NCBI RefSeq assembly: GCF_000321045.1
Contig: NZ_HE578947.1
Location: forward strand, 3,150 to 67,149
Length of the DNA stretch: 64,000 nucleotides
Reading direction: 5' to 3'
Source of the DNA: Phytobacter massiliensis JC163
GTDB taxonomy: Bacteria; Pseudomonadota; Gammaproteobacteria; Enterobacterales; Enterobacteriaceae
Shown here: positions 23,693 through 32,563 of the stretch, in pieces
Layout: the number at the start of each line of letters is the position of its first letter
Numbering within the stretch: the first letter of the stretch is position 1
Position numbers and translations under genes: made by a program
Notes under the pieces: model-generated
Databases searched by the model: none
What the model was told of the DNA's origin: nothing
Seen by the model: the letters and a program-made list of their open reading frames with translations, nothing else

Positions 23693-23961
23693 CGTCTGCC
23701 GCGCGTCGGCGTATTCGCCGACCAGGAAAAAGAGGCCTCGGTATCCGGTTTATACGCCTGCTGTTTTTTCAACTGGCGGGCTTTTTTGGCTTCGGCTTCG
23801 CGCTGCGCCATTAACTTATCGATGTACTCTTTCTTTACGCTGTTGGTCTCTGCATTGGTCAGCGGACGGCCATGCGCTATGCGGGCGCGATCGAGCAGCG
23901 TTTTTAACTCACGCTGTTCGCGCTCGGTCATCTCTTTTTGGGTAATACGGGGAAGTGCCAT
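23689..23961 (-). CDS. yjbD: DUF3811 protein YjbD
   Basis: 90-aa protein [31 protein letters not shown]... at the syntenic position convergent with rluF. Confidence 0.8.
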   Translation of the reverse strand: MALPRITQKEMTEREQRELKTLLDRARIAHGRPLTNAETNSVKKEYIDKLMAQREAEAKKARQLKKQQAYKPDTEASFSWSANTPTRGRR

Positions 23962-24034
23962 CGGAGTGCCCTCTGTTAGCCAGTAAAGTCAGGCTCCATG
24001 CCAGTCTACGGCAATACGCCGCGGGCGGATAGCG

Positions 24035-24793
24035 TCACTGTGCGATACGCAGTTTCCCGGCGAAATCCTGCTGTGTATAACGGGTTGTTTTAAAGCCTTT
24101 ATCCGTGATGATGCCATCGACTTCTTTCAGGGTTGCGATGCACATCACCCCATCCTGACCAAATTTGGTATGGTCGGCGAGGATCACTGCTTTTTTGCTC
24201 ATGGCAATCATCGCCTTAGCGACGTACGCTTCCTCAAAGCTTTTTACCAGCACCCCGTGCTGCGGGGAGATACCCCCTGCGCCAATAAAGCAGATATCAG
24301 CGTGGATAGCATTTATTTGCTGACAAACCGAGACGCCAAGATTAGCGCGAAAATGGTAATCATATTCGCCGCCTAATACATAGACACGGGCCTGCAAATT
24401 GTGCTCTTTAATTTTATCGGCAATCAAGGCGGAGTTAGTAATAACGGAAAAGGCGAGGGGGGGAAGCTGTTCGGCAAGAATAAGATTGGTGGTACAGGAG
24501 TCAATAAACAGCGTATCACGTTCGCTCACCATGCCCGCGGCAAGTTTGCCAATTGCCATTTTTTCTTCACGATGGGCATTTATTCGAGCGCCAAAGGTAT
24601 CTTCCTGCACAACCTGTTTTTTTACCGCCCCGCCGTGAATCTTGGTGATTTGCCCTTCGGTTTCCAGCAGGGAGAGATCGCGGCGAATAGTTTCTGAGGT
24701 AACGTTTAGCGTTTCCGATAATTTAATAACGGTAACTTCACCGAATTTGTTTAATTCATCAAGAATATGTTTTCTTCTTTTAATCGGGTTCAT
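24035..24793 (-). CDS. DeoR/GlpR-family transcriptional regulator (start taken at MNPIKRRKHILDEL)
   Basis: It has an N-terminal DeoR HTH (KRRKHILDELNKFGEVTVIKLSETLNVTSETIRRDL) and a C-terminal sugar-phosphate-binding domain. Confidence 0.8.
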   Translation of the reverse strand: MNPIKRRKHILDELNKFGEVTVIKLSETLNVTSETIRRDLSLLETEGQITKIHGGAVKKQVVQEDTFGARINAHREEKMAIGKLAAGMVSERDTLFIDSCTTNLILAEQLPPLAFSVITNSALIADKIKEHNLQARVYVLGGEYDYHFRANLGVSVCQQINAIHADICFIGAGGISPQHGVLVKSFEEAYVAKAMIAMSKKAVILADHTKFGQDGVMCIATLKEVDGIITDKGFKTTRYTQQDFAGKLRIAQ

Positions 24794-25643
24794 TATTTTC
24801 CGCCAGTGTCGAGCTTTGGCGAATGGTAACTGGATGCGCAGAGCAACGCAACCACTCAAGCGCATGGACGATACCCTCATCATCGTTCGCGGTCGTTATA
24901 AAGCGGGCCTGCTGTTTGACGACCTCCGGCGCATTACCCATCGCTATCCCCGTGCCGGCTGCCGCAAACATGCTAATATCATTCTGCCGGTCGCCGATAG
25001 CGACAACCTGCGAGCAGGGAATATTTAACTGCTGGCTTAATTTCGTTACCGCGTAGCCTTTATTTATTTCACTGCGCTGAATATCAATATAATTCCCGCC
25101 GGTGATTGTCGCCGTATAGCCATAAGGAAGTTTACAGGTGACCTCCGCACACAGCGCGTCAATATTTTCCTGCGCGCCCACCAGCGTTATCTTATAAATA
25201 TCGCGGCGGTTAACTATCTCGACAGGCGTGGCGGCGATGAGCGGCACAGCGAATAATTGGGCTTCATAGCGTGTCCACGGGGCGACAGGCCTGTCGTAAC
25301 GGTGATAAATAGCATCCGCGCTAAAAAAATGGTGGTCGTAGCACGCAAGGGAAATATGCCGGTCAATATCCCGCAAATCCATGCCGGATAGCGCAGCGGT
25401 ATGAATAACCTGCTGCGGCGACATGGCGATAATCTGTCCGCCGTTAAAACCGGCGCACCAGCCGAACAGCGTGGCAACCTGCTGCTGTTGCAGCAGGCGC
25501 GTCATTGAGGAGACCGGTCTGGCGGAACAGGCTGCCAGCAGGCCGCCGCGCTGACGGAATGCAATCAGCGCCTGGCGCGTAGGCGGGCTGATTGTCTTTT
25601 GCGACGTCAGTAATGTTCCATCCAAATCGGTAACCAACAGCAT
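24780..25643 (-). CDS. Cof-type HAD-IIB phosphatase
   Basis: MLLVTDLDGTLL... is HAD motif I, and ...VVAIGDRQNDISMF... is motif IV. Confidence 0.8.
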   Translation of the reverse strand: MLLVTDLDGTLLTSQKTISPPTRQALIAFRQRGGLLAACSARPVSSMTRLLQQQQVATLFGWCAGFNGGQIIAMSPQQVIHTAALSGMDLRDIDRHISLACYDHHFFSADAIYHRYDRPVAPWTRYEAQLFAVPLIAATPVEIVNRRDIYKITLVGAQENIDALCAEVTCKLPYGYTATITGGNYIDIQRSEINKGYAVTKLSQQLNIPCSQVVAIGDRQNDISMFAAAGTGIAMGNAPEVVKQQARFITTANDDEGIVHALEWLRCSAHPVTIRQSSTLAENNEPD

Positions 25644-25653
25644 CTCTGTTTCC

Positions 25654-26493
25654 TTAATGCGTAATAAACGGCGTAACGGCTTCTTTGGCGGCGTTGCAGA
25701 CCATGTTGTCGATGGCCGTGCCCACGACCAGAATATTGACGCCGGTATCCTTAAACGCCCTGGCGTTGGCCAGGTTGATGCCGCCTTCCGCCAGCGTTGG
25801 CACCTCTACCGCGTCAACCAGCGCCCGCAGGCGATCTTTAATGACCTGGGGGATGTCGCCTGCCGCCACGCCTTCATAACTCATGCCGGTCATCAGGCCA
25901 ATCATATCGACGCCAATCTCCTGCATCCTTTTCGCCACGCTGGCCACCTCTTCCGGCGTGCGGGCCGGAATGCCGAAGGTATGCAGGTCATCCGGATGAC
26001 CAATGTAGGCATCCACGGTCAGGCCATATTGATGGGCGAGATTGACGATGTCCTGCAGGTCGTCCCAGTCGGATTTGTGGGTGTGCAGGCCATCGGCTCC
26101 GGCGCGGGCAATCTCCAGAATCTCCGTTTCGCTGAGGGGAACCGGCAGCGTCTCGGTAAAGCCGCCCGCGATACCGACGGTAATAAAGATATCGTCAGGC
26201 ACCACGTTGCGTACGCCGTGTACCGCTTCGGCCATCTGCCCGTTGGTGATTTCATGGCGGATCTGCTCTGCCGCGTGCATATTGCTCACGCCTTTATGCC
26301 CGCGCGCCAGCGCCAGCGCAGGGTGGTTCGGCTCCAGCAGCTTAACGCCCGCCTCACACACCGCTTTCGCCAGCCGCGCATCGTCGCCGGTGATCCCGGT
26401 ACTGAGGATGGTTTGCCCGCCGTGCAGCGCAATGGCGTCTTTCACTTTCTGTAACGCTTTGGCGCGTTTTTTATTCATATCGCCTTTAAACAT
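25654..26493 (-). CDS. putative TIM-barrel enzyme (KDPG/KDGP-aldolase-like) of a DeoR-regulated sugar cluster
   Basis: 279-aa soluble protein with alternating beta/alpha signature segments (...ILVVGTAID...). The family assignment is tentative. Confidence 0.35.
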   Translation of the reverse strand: MFKGDMNKKRAKALQKVKDAIALHGGQTILSTGITGDDARLAKAVCEAGVKLLEPNHPALALARGHKGVSNMHAAEQIRHEITNGQMAEAVHGVRNVVPDDIFITVGIAGGFTETLPVPLSETEILEIARAGADGLHTHKSDWDDLQDIVNLAHQYGLTVDAYIGHPDDLHTFGIPARTPEEVASVAKRMQEIGVDMIGLMTGMSYEGVAAGDIPQVIKDRLRALVDAVEVPTLAEGGINLANARAFKDTGVNILVVGTAIDNMVCNAAKEAVTPFITH

Positions 26494-26519
26494 AAATACC
26501 TCTGGTGTTGGTGCGTGAA

Positions 26520-28106
26520 TTAACGGGCTTGCGCGGCAGGTTCTTTCTGCACGACGGCCCTGAAACGGTTAGCAATAATGGTGGTGATACAGGTCATTGC
26601 CATTACGGCGAACATCACCAGCGCCATCTGCAGCGCGTTGCTCGATAAGAACGGTGAGGCGAAAGCGGGGACATAGGCTACCCCTTTGATGTTAAAGAAG
26701 CCCAGCATCATGCCGCCCATTCCGGCCCAGAAGATGGCGGAGCCGAAGACAATCTTGTTGGCGAACATAAAGGGATAGGCTGATTCAACAAAGGTTCCAA
26801 AGCCCATATTGATAAGCAGTCCTGGCGTGGCGACCGCCGCTTCGCTTTTTTCGCGCGGGGCGATGACGTTAGCAAGGTTAATGCCCGCGGCGACCATCAC
26901 CAGGCCAACCATATCAACCGCGCCGAGGAAGCTGACGCCGGATTTTTCCATCTCCAGCAGCACCAGCGGCAGAATAACCGCGTGGTAGACGCCGCCGAGA
27001 ATGGCCGGCCAGATAACCAGCCCTGCCAGCAGTCCGGCAAGAACCGGGCTGAACGCCAGCGTGCTTTCAATCGCCAGCTTGATGTAGTTCCCCGCCGACA
27101 GCGCCAGCGGGCTGAGCAGGTAGTGCATGATTAGCCCGGCGGCGAGGCCCGAGATCCCACCGGCCACGATGTTGACGGTGGTCATCGGGAAGCGCCAGTT
27201 CAGGCACAGTTCAAACAGCCAGCGAACCAGCACGCCGGCCATCACGCCGCCGAGGATGCCGCCAATCAGGCCGCCTTCAACCGAGAGCACCCCGGCGACG
27301 ACCCCGGCAACAATCGAGACTTCGTCCAGCTCGGAGATCTGCTTTGCCGCCAGCACGGCGACTAACACCGGCAGGCCTTTCAGCAGAATTTCAAAGATGT
27401 CGTTAAGCTTTTCCAGCCCCGGAATGTGGCTCATGGCGAGCACTATCGCCATCGCGATAAAGCCCGGCAGGGCAGGGATCATGATGCTGCGGATATTAAA
27501 GCGCTTAAGCAGGCTCTTTCCGGAGCCGCCCTGCGACGGCGACGCGCTGCCCAGCTGCGGTTTGTACTTAATGCCCCAGTGTTTACACAACGACGCCACA
27601 AACGAGACGGCGCGGGTGCGGCTGGTGGTGCCGGTTGTCCCGGAGGTGGCGACGACGTTTGCTCCTTTTGCCGCCACCAGCGCCATAGATGTCCCGCCAG
27701 TGCCGACGATGGGCGTTTTCATCTCAACCGCAGCGGCAAAAACGGCCTGGTTCGCCTTCTGGGGATCGGCGCTCATCACCACGATCCCGTCGATCTCGCC
27801 GTTGCGGATCATCTGCGCGATTCGGTTATCGCTCTCCACCACCGAGGCGTTAACTTCGGAAAGTTTGCCCTGGAAGATGCGTTGCGGTTTTAGCGGGTTT
27901 TCAGGCGTTAATGCATACACAGAGGCTGGGGTATCCGCCTTCGCGACATCCATCGAGGCGTCTGCCGCGATAAACTGTACGGCGGCTACCTGTACATCTG
28001 CGGCGTCGCACTGCTGATAAATCTCCTGGAGTAGCTTTTCAGGCTCTGCGCCACCCAGGTTGTAGAGGTTGCCTCCACTGCTTCCAATAATCGCAATTTT
28101 TTTCAT
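26520..28106 (-). CDS. large polytopic membrane protein with an N-terminal soluble domain of about 170 aa (putative permease; start taken at MKKIAIIGSSGG)
   Basis: The membrane part has at least 10 hydrophobic segments rich in G/A/L/V. The N-terminal domain starts MKKIAIIGSSGGNLYNLGG. There is a GAGG RBS before the chosen start; the track ORF runs 26520..28172. Confidence 0.5.
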   Translation of the reverse strand: MKKIAIIGSSGGNLYNLGGAEPEKLLQEIYQQCDAADVQVAAVQFIAADASMDVAKADTPASVYALTPENPLKPQRIFQGKLSEVNASVVESDNRIAQMIRNGEIDGIVVMSADPQKANQAVFAAAVEMKTPIVGTGGTSMALVAAKGANVVATSGTTGTTSRTRAVSFVASLCKHWGIKYKPQLGSASPSQGGSGKSLLKRFNIRSIMIPALPGFIAMAIVLAMSHIPGLEKLNDIFEILLKGLPVLVAVLAAKQISELDEVSIVAGVVAGVLSVEGGLIGGILGGVMAGVLVRWLFELCLNWRFPMTTVNIVAGGISGLAAGLIMHYLLSPLALSAGNYIKLAIESTLAFSPVLAGLLAGLVIWPAILGGVYHAVILPLVLLEMEKSGVSFLGAVDMVGLVMVAAGINLANVIAPREKSEAAVATPGLLINMGFGTFVESAYPFMFANKIVFGSAIFWAGMGGMMLGFFNIKGVAYVPAFASPFLSSNALQMALVMFAVMAMTCITTIIANRFRAVVQKEPAAQAR

Positions 28107-28354
28107 AGCGGCCTCAAATAGGGTAAGAGGGTTATCTGTGTTGTAATGAGCGTATATTCCCAACCAAAACAAAATAGATCAACATTTAAATCAGTCATTG
28201 AAACAGGTGTTGATAGTATTATCTAAATTAACTTAATGAATTTACTAAATTAAATGGTTATTTTGTTTTGTGTTGTTGTTTGTGGATTTGTGACGGGCTT
28301 CAAAAGCCGGAAGAGAAGAAATGGATGGCTCAACGCCATCCATTCAGATGAGTA

Positions 28355-29287
28355 TTAGCGGGGCGTTCTGGTTTTATTTGCGACAGGTTTACCGGACCAG
28401 TAGCCTGCCAGCAGCGAGCCGGAAAGATTGTGCCAGACGGAGAAGAGCGCGCCGGGCAGGGCGGCAAGCGGGCCGAAATAGATTTTCCCCAGCGCGGCGG
28501 CCAGCCCGGAGTTCTGCATTCCCACCTCAATGGCCAGCGTGCGGCAGGTGGACTCGTCAAACCCAAACAGACGCCCGCCCCAGTAGCCGGTAAGCAGGCC
28601 AATGCCGTTATGCAAAATCACCGCAACAATCACCACCAGCCCTACCGACGCAATGTTAGCGGCAGAGCCTGCCACCACGGCGCTGATGATCGCCAGAATG
28701 CACACCATCGAGAAGGCGGGCAGATACGGCTCCACCGCTTTCACCACCCGGGGGAAGAGATGGTGCACGATTAAACCAAGGCCAATCGGGATCACCACAA
28801 TCTGCATAATGCTCACCAGCATGCCCATCACGTCGACCTGAATATGGGCATCCACGTAGAGACGAGTAAGCAGCGGCGTGGCGACAACGCCCACCAGCGT
28901 TGAGACGGCAGAGATAGTGACCGACAGCGCCACATCCCCTTTTGCGAGATAGATCATCACGTTGGACGCGGTGCCGCTTGCCACGCTGCCCACCAGCACC
29001 ATCCCGGCGGAGAGTTCCGGCGGCATATTAAAGAGCTTCGCCAGCAGCCAGGCGGCGAGGGGCATAATCAGATAGTGCAGAAAGATGCCCGCGGCGACGG
29101 GGGCCGGTCGCGCCAGCACGCGCTTAAAGTCATCAAGCTTTAAATGAACGCCCATGCCAAACATAATCAGCATCAGCAGCGTGGCGACCCACGGGCCGAC
29201 AGGGGTAAAGGTCGTGGGCGTGTAATACGCAATAACAGAGAGCAGCAGCGCCCATAACGGGAACAGCCGTGTCAAAGTGGCGAGCAT
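28355..29287 (-). CDS. bile acid:sodium symporter (BASS) family transporter
   Basis: 310-aa protein with about 9 TM and BASS-like motifs (...[28 protein letters not shown]..., ...[15 protein letters not shown]...). Confidence 0.75.
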   Translation of the reverse strand: MLATLTRLFPLWALLLSVIAYYTPTTFTPVGPWVATLLMLIMFGMGVHLKLDDFKRVLARPAPVAAGIFLHYLIMPLAAWLLAKLFNMPPELSAGMVLVGSVASGTASNVMIYLAKGDVALSVTISAVSTLVGVVATPLLTRLYVDAHIQVDVMGMLVSIMQIVVIPIGLGLIVHHLFPRVVKAVEPYLPAFSMVCILAIISAVVAGSAANIASVGLVVIVAVILHNGIGLLTGYWGGRLFGFDESTCRTLAIEVGMQNSGLAAALGKIYFGPLAALPGALFSVWHNLSGSLLAGYWSGKPVANKTRTPR

Positions 29288-29405
29288 GTTGTTTTCCTCG
29301 AGTGCGTGTTGTGTTTTTTTATAGGCTGGCCGGGATCGAGCCCGGCCATAGCTATTGTTTATCGTGTGAGGAAAGCTAATTCAATAAAATTATGGTGATA
29401 ACGCT

Positions 29406-30986
29406 TCATGTTGCGTCGCGCAGGCTCTCCCAGCTCAGCCCGAAGCGCGCCAGATATTTTCGCAGCCGATCGGCATCGTTGGGGTTCGCTTTTTTACGCC
29501 GGGAGACGGCGAACAGCTCGCGGCCCGCTTCGGAGAGCGACTGGCTACGCCGACAAACTTCAACTACCGTTTCCAGCTGCCGCTGGTCAAACAGATCGAT
29601 CTCTTCAACCAGCGCAGGGTGGGCGGGCGCGATGCGCCAGCTATGGCGTAAACGCGTAATCTCCTCCTCAACAAGCGCCAGCGTAATACGCCCCTGCTCG
29701 GCAAGCGTCGCCATGCGGAACACCGACGCGCTCAGCTCGCGGAAATTGCCGCGCCACAGCGCCTGCGGCGAGCAGGCAAACGCCAGATAGCGATCGCGGG
29801 CCTCTTTATCGAAACGAACCTGCGTCTGTTCGCTATCGGCGAAGCGTTGCAGCTCAAATTCAACGTTTGGCGCGATGTCTTCCCGCCGCTCGGCCAGCCC
29901 CGGCAGCGCAAAGCTCCACATATTAATGCGCGCGTAGAGATCTTCACGAAAATGCCCCTCAGCCACCCACTGGGGCATATCGCGGTGGGTTCCGGCGATG
30001 AGTTGAAAATCGCTGCGCACCTCTTTATCCGCGCCAAACGGGAAGAAGGTTTTCTCTTCTATCGCTTTTAATAGCATCGCCTGCTCATCCAGCCCCAGCT
30101 CGGCGATTTCATCCAGAAAAAGCACGCCGCCATCGGCTTCGCGCAGCAACCCGGCGCGGGGCGTTAACGCGCCGGTGAACGCGCCTTTAACGTGGCCGAA
30201 CAGCGTCGACATCGCGTTATCGCCGCGCAGCGTGGCGCAGTTCACCGCGACCAGCTTGCCTTGTACCTGGTGGCGTGACTGCTTAAGCTGAAAAATACGC
30301 CGGGCAAGGAAGGATTTCCCCGCCCCGGTCGGGCCGGTGAGCAGCATCGGCGAGCGTGAACGCAGCGCTACCCGTTCTATCTGGTCAATAAGCCGATTGA
30401 AGGTGGCGTTGCGGGTATCAATGCCCGCTTTCAGAAAAGAGACCGACTGCTGCTGTTCGCGCTGAAAACGGCTGGTAAGAGTGGCATAACGGCTTAAATC
30501 GAGATCGATAACCGAGCAGACTCCTGCGGCGACCGCCTCTTCTGGCGAGCCTTTCGGTGCCGGGCCGGTTTGCAGCAGGCTGGCGGGAAGGTAGCGGGCT
30601 TCGGTGAGCAGAAACCAGCAGATCTGCGCCACGTGGGTGCCGGTGGTGATATGCACCAGATACTCTTCATTCTCGGTATCGAAGTCGTAGCGGGTGGCGA
30701 AATCCAGAAAGGCCGCGTAGACCTCTTCGAAATCCCACGGGTCATTGATGCTGATAGCATGCGCCCGTACCTGAGTATGCGGGGAAAGCAGGGCGACATC
30801 CTCCGCCAGCTGCTGCGCCATTCCCGTATCCCGCGGCTGGTGGAGCAGTTCAAGCCGGTCGACTGGCAAATCAGGCTGCTGGCACAGCCCCACCGTTGGC
30901 CGCCATTTTCGGAACCTGTTTGCCCGCTTGCCGCGCTTATCCAGCACGGTTCCCAGTACGCCTATCACCACTCGCCGCTTTGCCAT
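29406..30986 (-). CDS. rtcR: sigma54-dependent activator RtcR (CARF sensor, AAA+ and HTH domains)
   Basis: 526-aa protein collinear with E. coli RtcR (...RLELLH..., ...NPWDFEEVYA..., ...GPTGAGKSFLARRI..., ...DADRLRKYLARFGL...). Confidence 0.9.
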   Translation of the reverse strand: MAKRRVVIGVLGTVLDKRGKRANRFRKWRPTVGLCQQPDLPVDRLELLHQPRDTGMAQQLAEDVALLSPHTQVRAHAISINDPWDFEEVYAAFLDFATRYDFDTENEEYLVHITTGTHVAQICWFLLTEARYLPASLLQTGPAPKGSPEEAVAAGVCSVIDLDLSRYATLTSRFQREQQQSVSFLKAGIDTRNATFNRLIDQIERVALRSRSPMLLTGPTGAGKSFLARRIFQLKQSRHQVQGKLVAVNCATLRGDNAMSTLFGHVKGAFTGALTPRAGLLREADGGVLFLDEIAELGLDEQAMLLKAIEEKTFFPFGADKEVRSDFQLIAGTHRDMPQWVAEGHFREDLYARINMWSFALPGLAERREDIAPNVEFELQRFADSEQTQVRFDKEARDRYLAFACSPQALWRGNFRELSASVFRMATLAEQGRITLALVEEEITRLRHSWRIAPAHPALVEEIDLFDQRQLETVVEVCRRSQSLSEAGRELFAVSRRKKANPNDADRLRKYLARFGLSWESLRDAT

Positions 30987-31120
30987 CTCTTATCCTTAAA
31001 GATAAACATTGATATGTAAGGATAAAAAAGATAGCGCGCCATAACAATTCATCGCAATGCGTTAAATTTAAAATATTTATTAATCAAGCAATTAAAAAAT
31101 AATTAGGGTGGCGCTGATTC

Positions 31121-31137
31121 TGGCACGCTTCTGGCAA
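31121..31137 (+). promoter_or_regulatory. sigma54 (-24/-12) promoter for the rtc operon
   Basis: TGGCACgcttcTGGCA fits TGGCAC-N5-TTGCA. It is divergent from rtcR, as in the E. coli rtcBA promoter. Confidence 0.7.
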
Positions 31138-31149
31138 TAGTTATCCTGC

Positions 31150-31300
31150 CATCGCACTGAGCACGCAGGGGATTGTAGCCCCGCCGGCGCATAAGGAACG
31201 GCAGACGCCGTTTTCCGCATGCGTTCCGTCAGTAAGTGGCAACCAGGGTTCGATTCCCAATTCACTCGCTAAGTGAAACTGGTTGTTAAATCTGGAAAAA
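31150..31300 (+). ncRNA. structured RNA element / tRNA-like (Y-RNA-like) candidate in the rtc operon leader
   Basis: It contains GGGTTCGATTCCC (a tRNA T-arm consensus), a perfect hairpin AACGGCagacGCCGTT nested in gcgcat...atgcg, GGGGattgtaGCCCC, and TTCACTcgctaAGTGAA. There is no ORF with an RBS. A structural alignment is needed to confirm it. Confidence 0.4.
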
Positions 31301-31442
31301 AACGGAGCGTTGAGCAGTCGGCAACCTCCAGAACAGGCTGCCGGTAACGATGCCGTGCCGCAGGCAAAAGGGAATTCCCCTGTCGCTTCGCCTCTGCGCC
31401 CGCGTCTGTCTCATCATTTAAGGAAAGAACAATGACAAAAAA

Positions 31443-32558
31443 ATGACTATCCGAAAAGGCCAACTGGGGCTGCTGGCAAAAGAGGGCGACTACTATCAGG
31501 TGCTGGAAGCGGGCGAGCACCGCCTGCCGTGGTTCAGCAAGCCGGAGGTGCTGATCGTTGAGCGCGACGGGAGCGAAGTTCCGCCTGCGCTGGCGGAATA
31601 CCTGCGTCGCTTTCAGCCTGAATGGGCCGCCCAGTACTGCCTGACGGTGGATTTAACGGAACATGAGGCGGGCGCGCTGTATATGAACGGCGTGTTGCAG
31701 GAGATTTTGCCACCGGCGACACGTCGCCTTTACTGGCTGGCCGATGAGGCGCTGAAACTGGTACGGCTGGACACGCGCCAGCGGCAGGTCCCCACGGACA
31801 TCATGAATGCGGTACTGCAACCGCGTCGCGGCGGCGCGGTAAAAGGGCGCGAAGCGATACTGACCGTGCAGGTTCCCGCCTGGCATGTAGGGGTGCTAAA
31901 AATCGACGGTGAAACCCAGGCGTTGTTGCCGCCGGGTCTTACCGCCTGGTGGAAAGTTAACCATCTGGTCGAGGCAGAAGTGGTGGATACCCGCCTGCAG
32001 GTGCTGGAGGTGAGCGGTCAGGAAATTCTCACTAAAGACAAAGTGAACCTGCGCCTGAACCTGGCGGCGAACTGGCGCTACAGCGATGTACTCCAGGCTT
32101 TTGGTCAACTGACGAAACCGCTGGATCATCTTTACCGCGAATTGCAGTTTGCCCTGCGCGAGGCGGTAGGCACACGTACGCTGGATGAGCTGCTGGAAGA
32201 TAAGCAGATCATCGATGAGGTCGTTAGCGCGCAGGTCAAAAGCCGCATGATGCCGTATGGCATTAAGGTGGCCTCGCTGGGGGTCAAAGACATTGTGCTG
32301 CCGGGCGATATGAAAACCATCCTCTCCCGGCTGGTTGAGGCGGAAAAATCGGCCCAGGCTAATGTCATCCGCCGTCGTGAAGAGACCGCCGCGACACGCT
32401 CGTTATTGAACACGGCGAAAGTCATGGAAAACAACCCGGTGGCGCTGCGCTTAAAAGAGCTGGAAACGCTCGAAAAAGTCGCGGAGCGCATCGATAAAAT
32501 TTCGGTATTCGGCGGTCTGGACCAGGTCCTGCACGGCTTAGTGAATATTAAAGGATAA
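31443..32558 (+). CDS. SPFH/band-7 (stomatin-like) domain protein with a distinct N-terminal domain and no TM segment
   Basis: The C-terminal half (...KDKVNLRLNLAANWRYSD...VKDIVLPGDMKTILSRLVEAEKSAQANV...) is an SPFH fold. It sits between the sigma54 promoter and rtcB. Confidence 0.7.
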   Translation: MTIRKGQLGLLAKEGDYYQVLEAGEHRLPWFSKPEVLIVERDGSEVPPALAEYLRRFQPEWAAQYCLTVDLTEHEAGALYMNGVLQEILPPATRRLYWLADEALKLVRLDTRQRQVPTDIMNAVLQPRRGGAVKGREAILTVQVPAWHVGVLKIDGETQALLPPGLTAWWKVNHLVEAEVVDTRLQVLEVSGQEILTKDKVNLRLNLAANWRYSDVLQAFGQLTKPLDHLYRELQFALREAVGTRTLDELLEDKQIIDEVVSAQVKSRMMPYGIKVASLGVKDIVLPGDMKTILSRLVEAEKSAQANVIRRREETAATRSLLNTAKVMENNPVALRLKELETLEKVAERIDKISVFGGLDQVLHGLVNIKG

Positions 32559-32563
32559 GAGAT

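Noticed and set aside
31150-31300. A canonical tRNA gene, because of the GGGTTCGATTCCC T-arm motif
   Set aside because: I could not find a proper 7-bp acceptor stem, a D-arm or an anticodon arm in tRNA geometry around the motif. It is recorded instead as a tRNA-like or structured RNA candidate that needs covariance-model testing.
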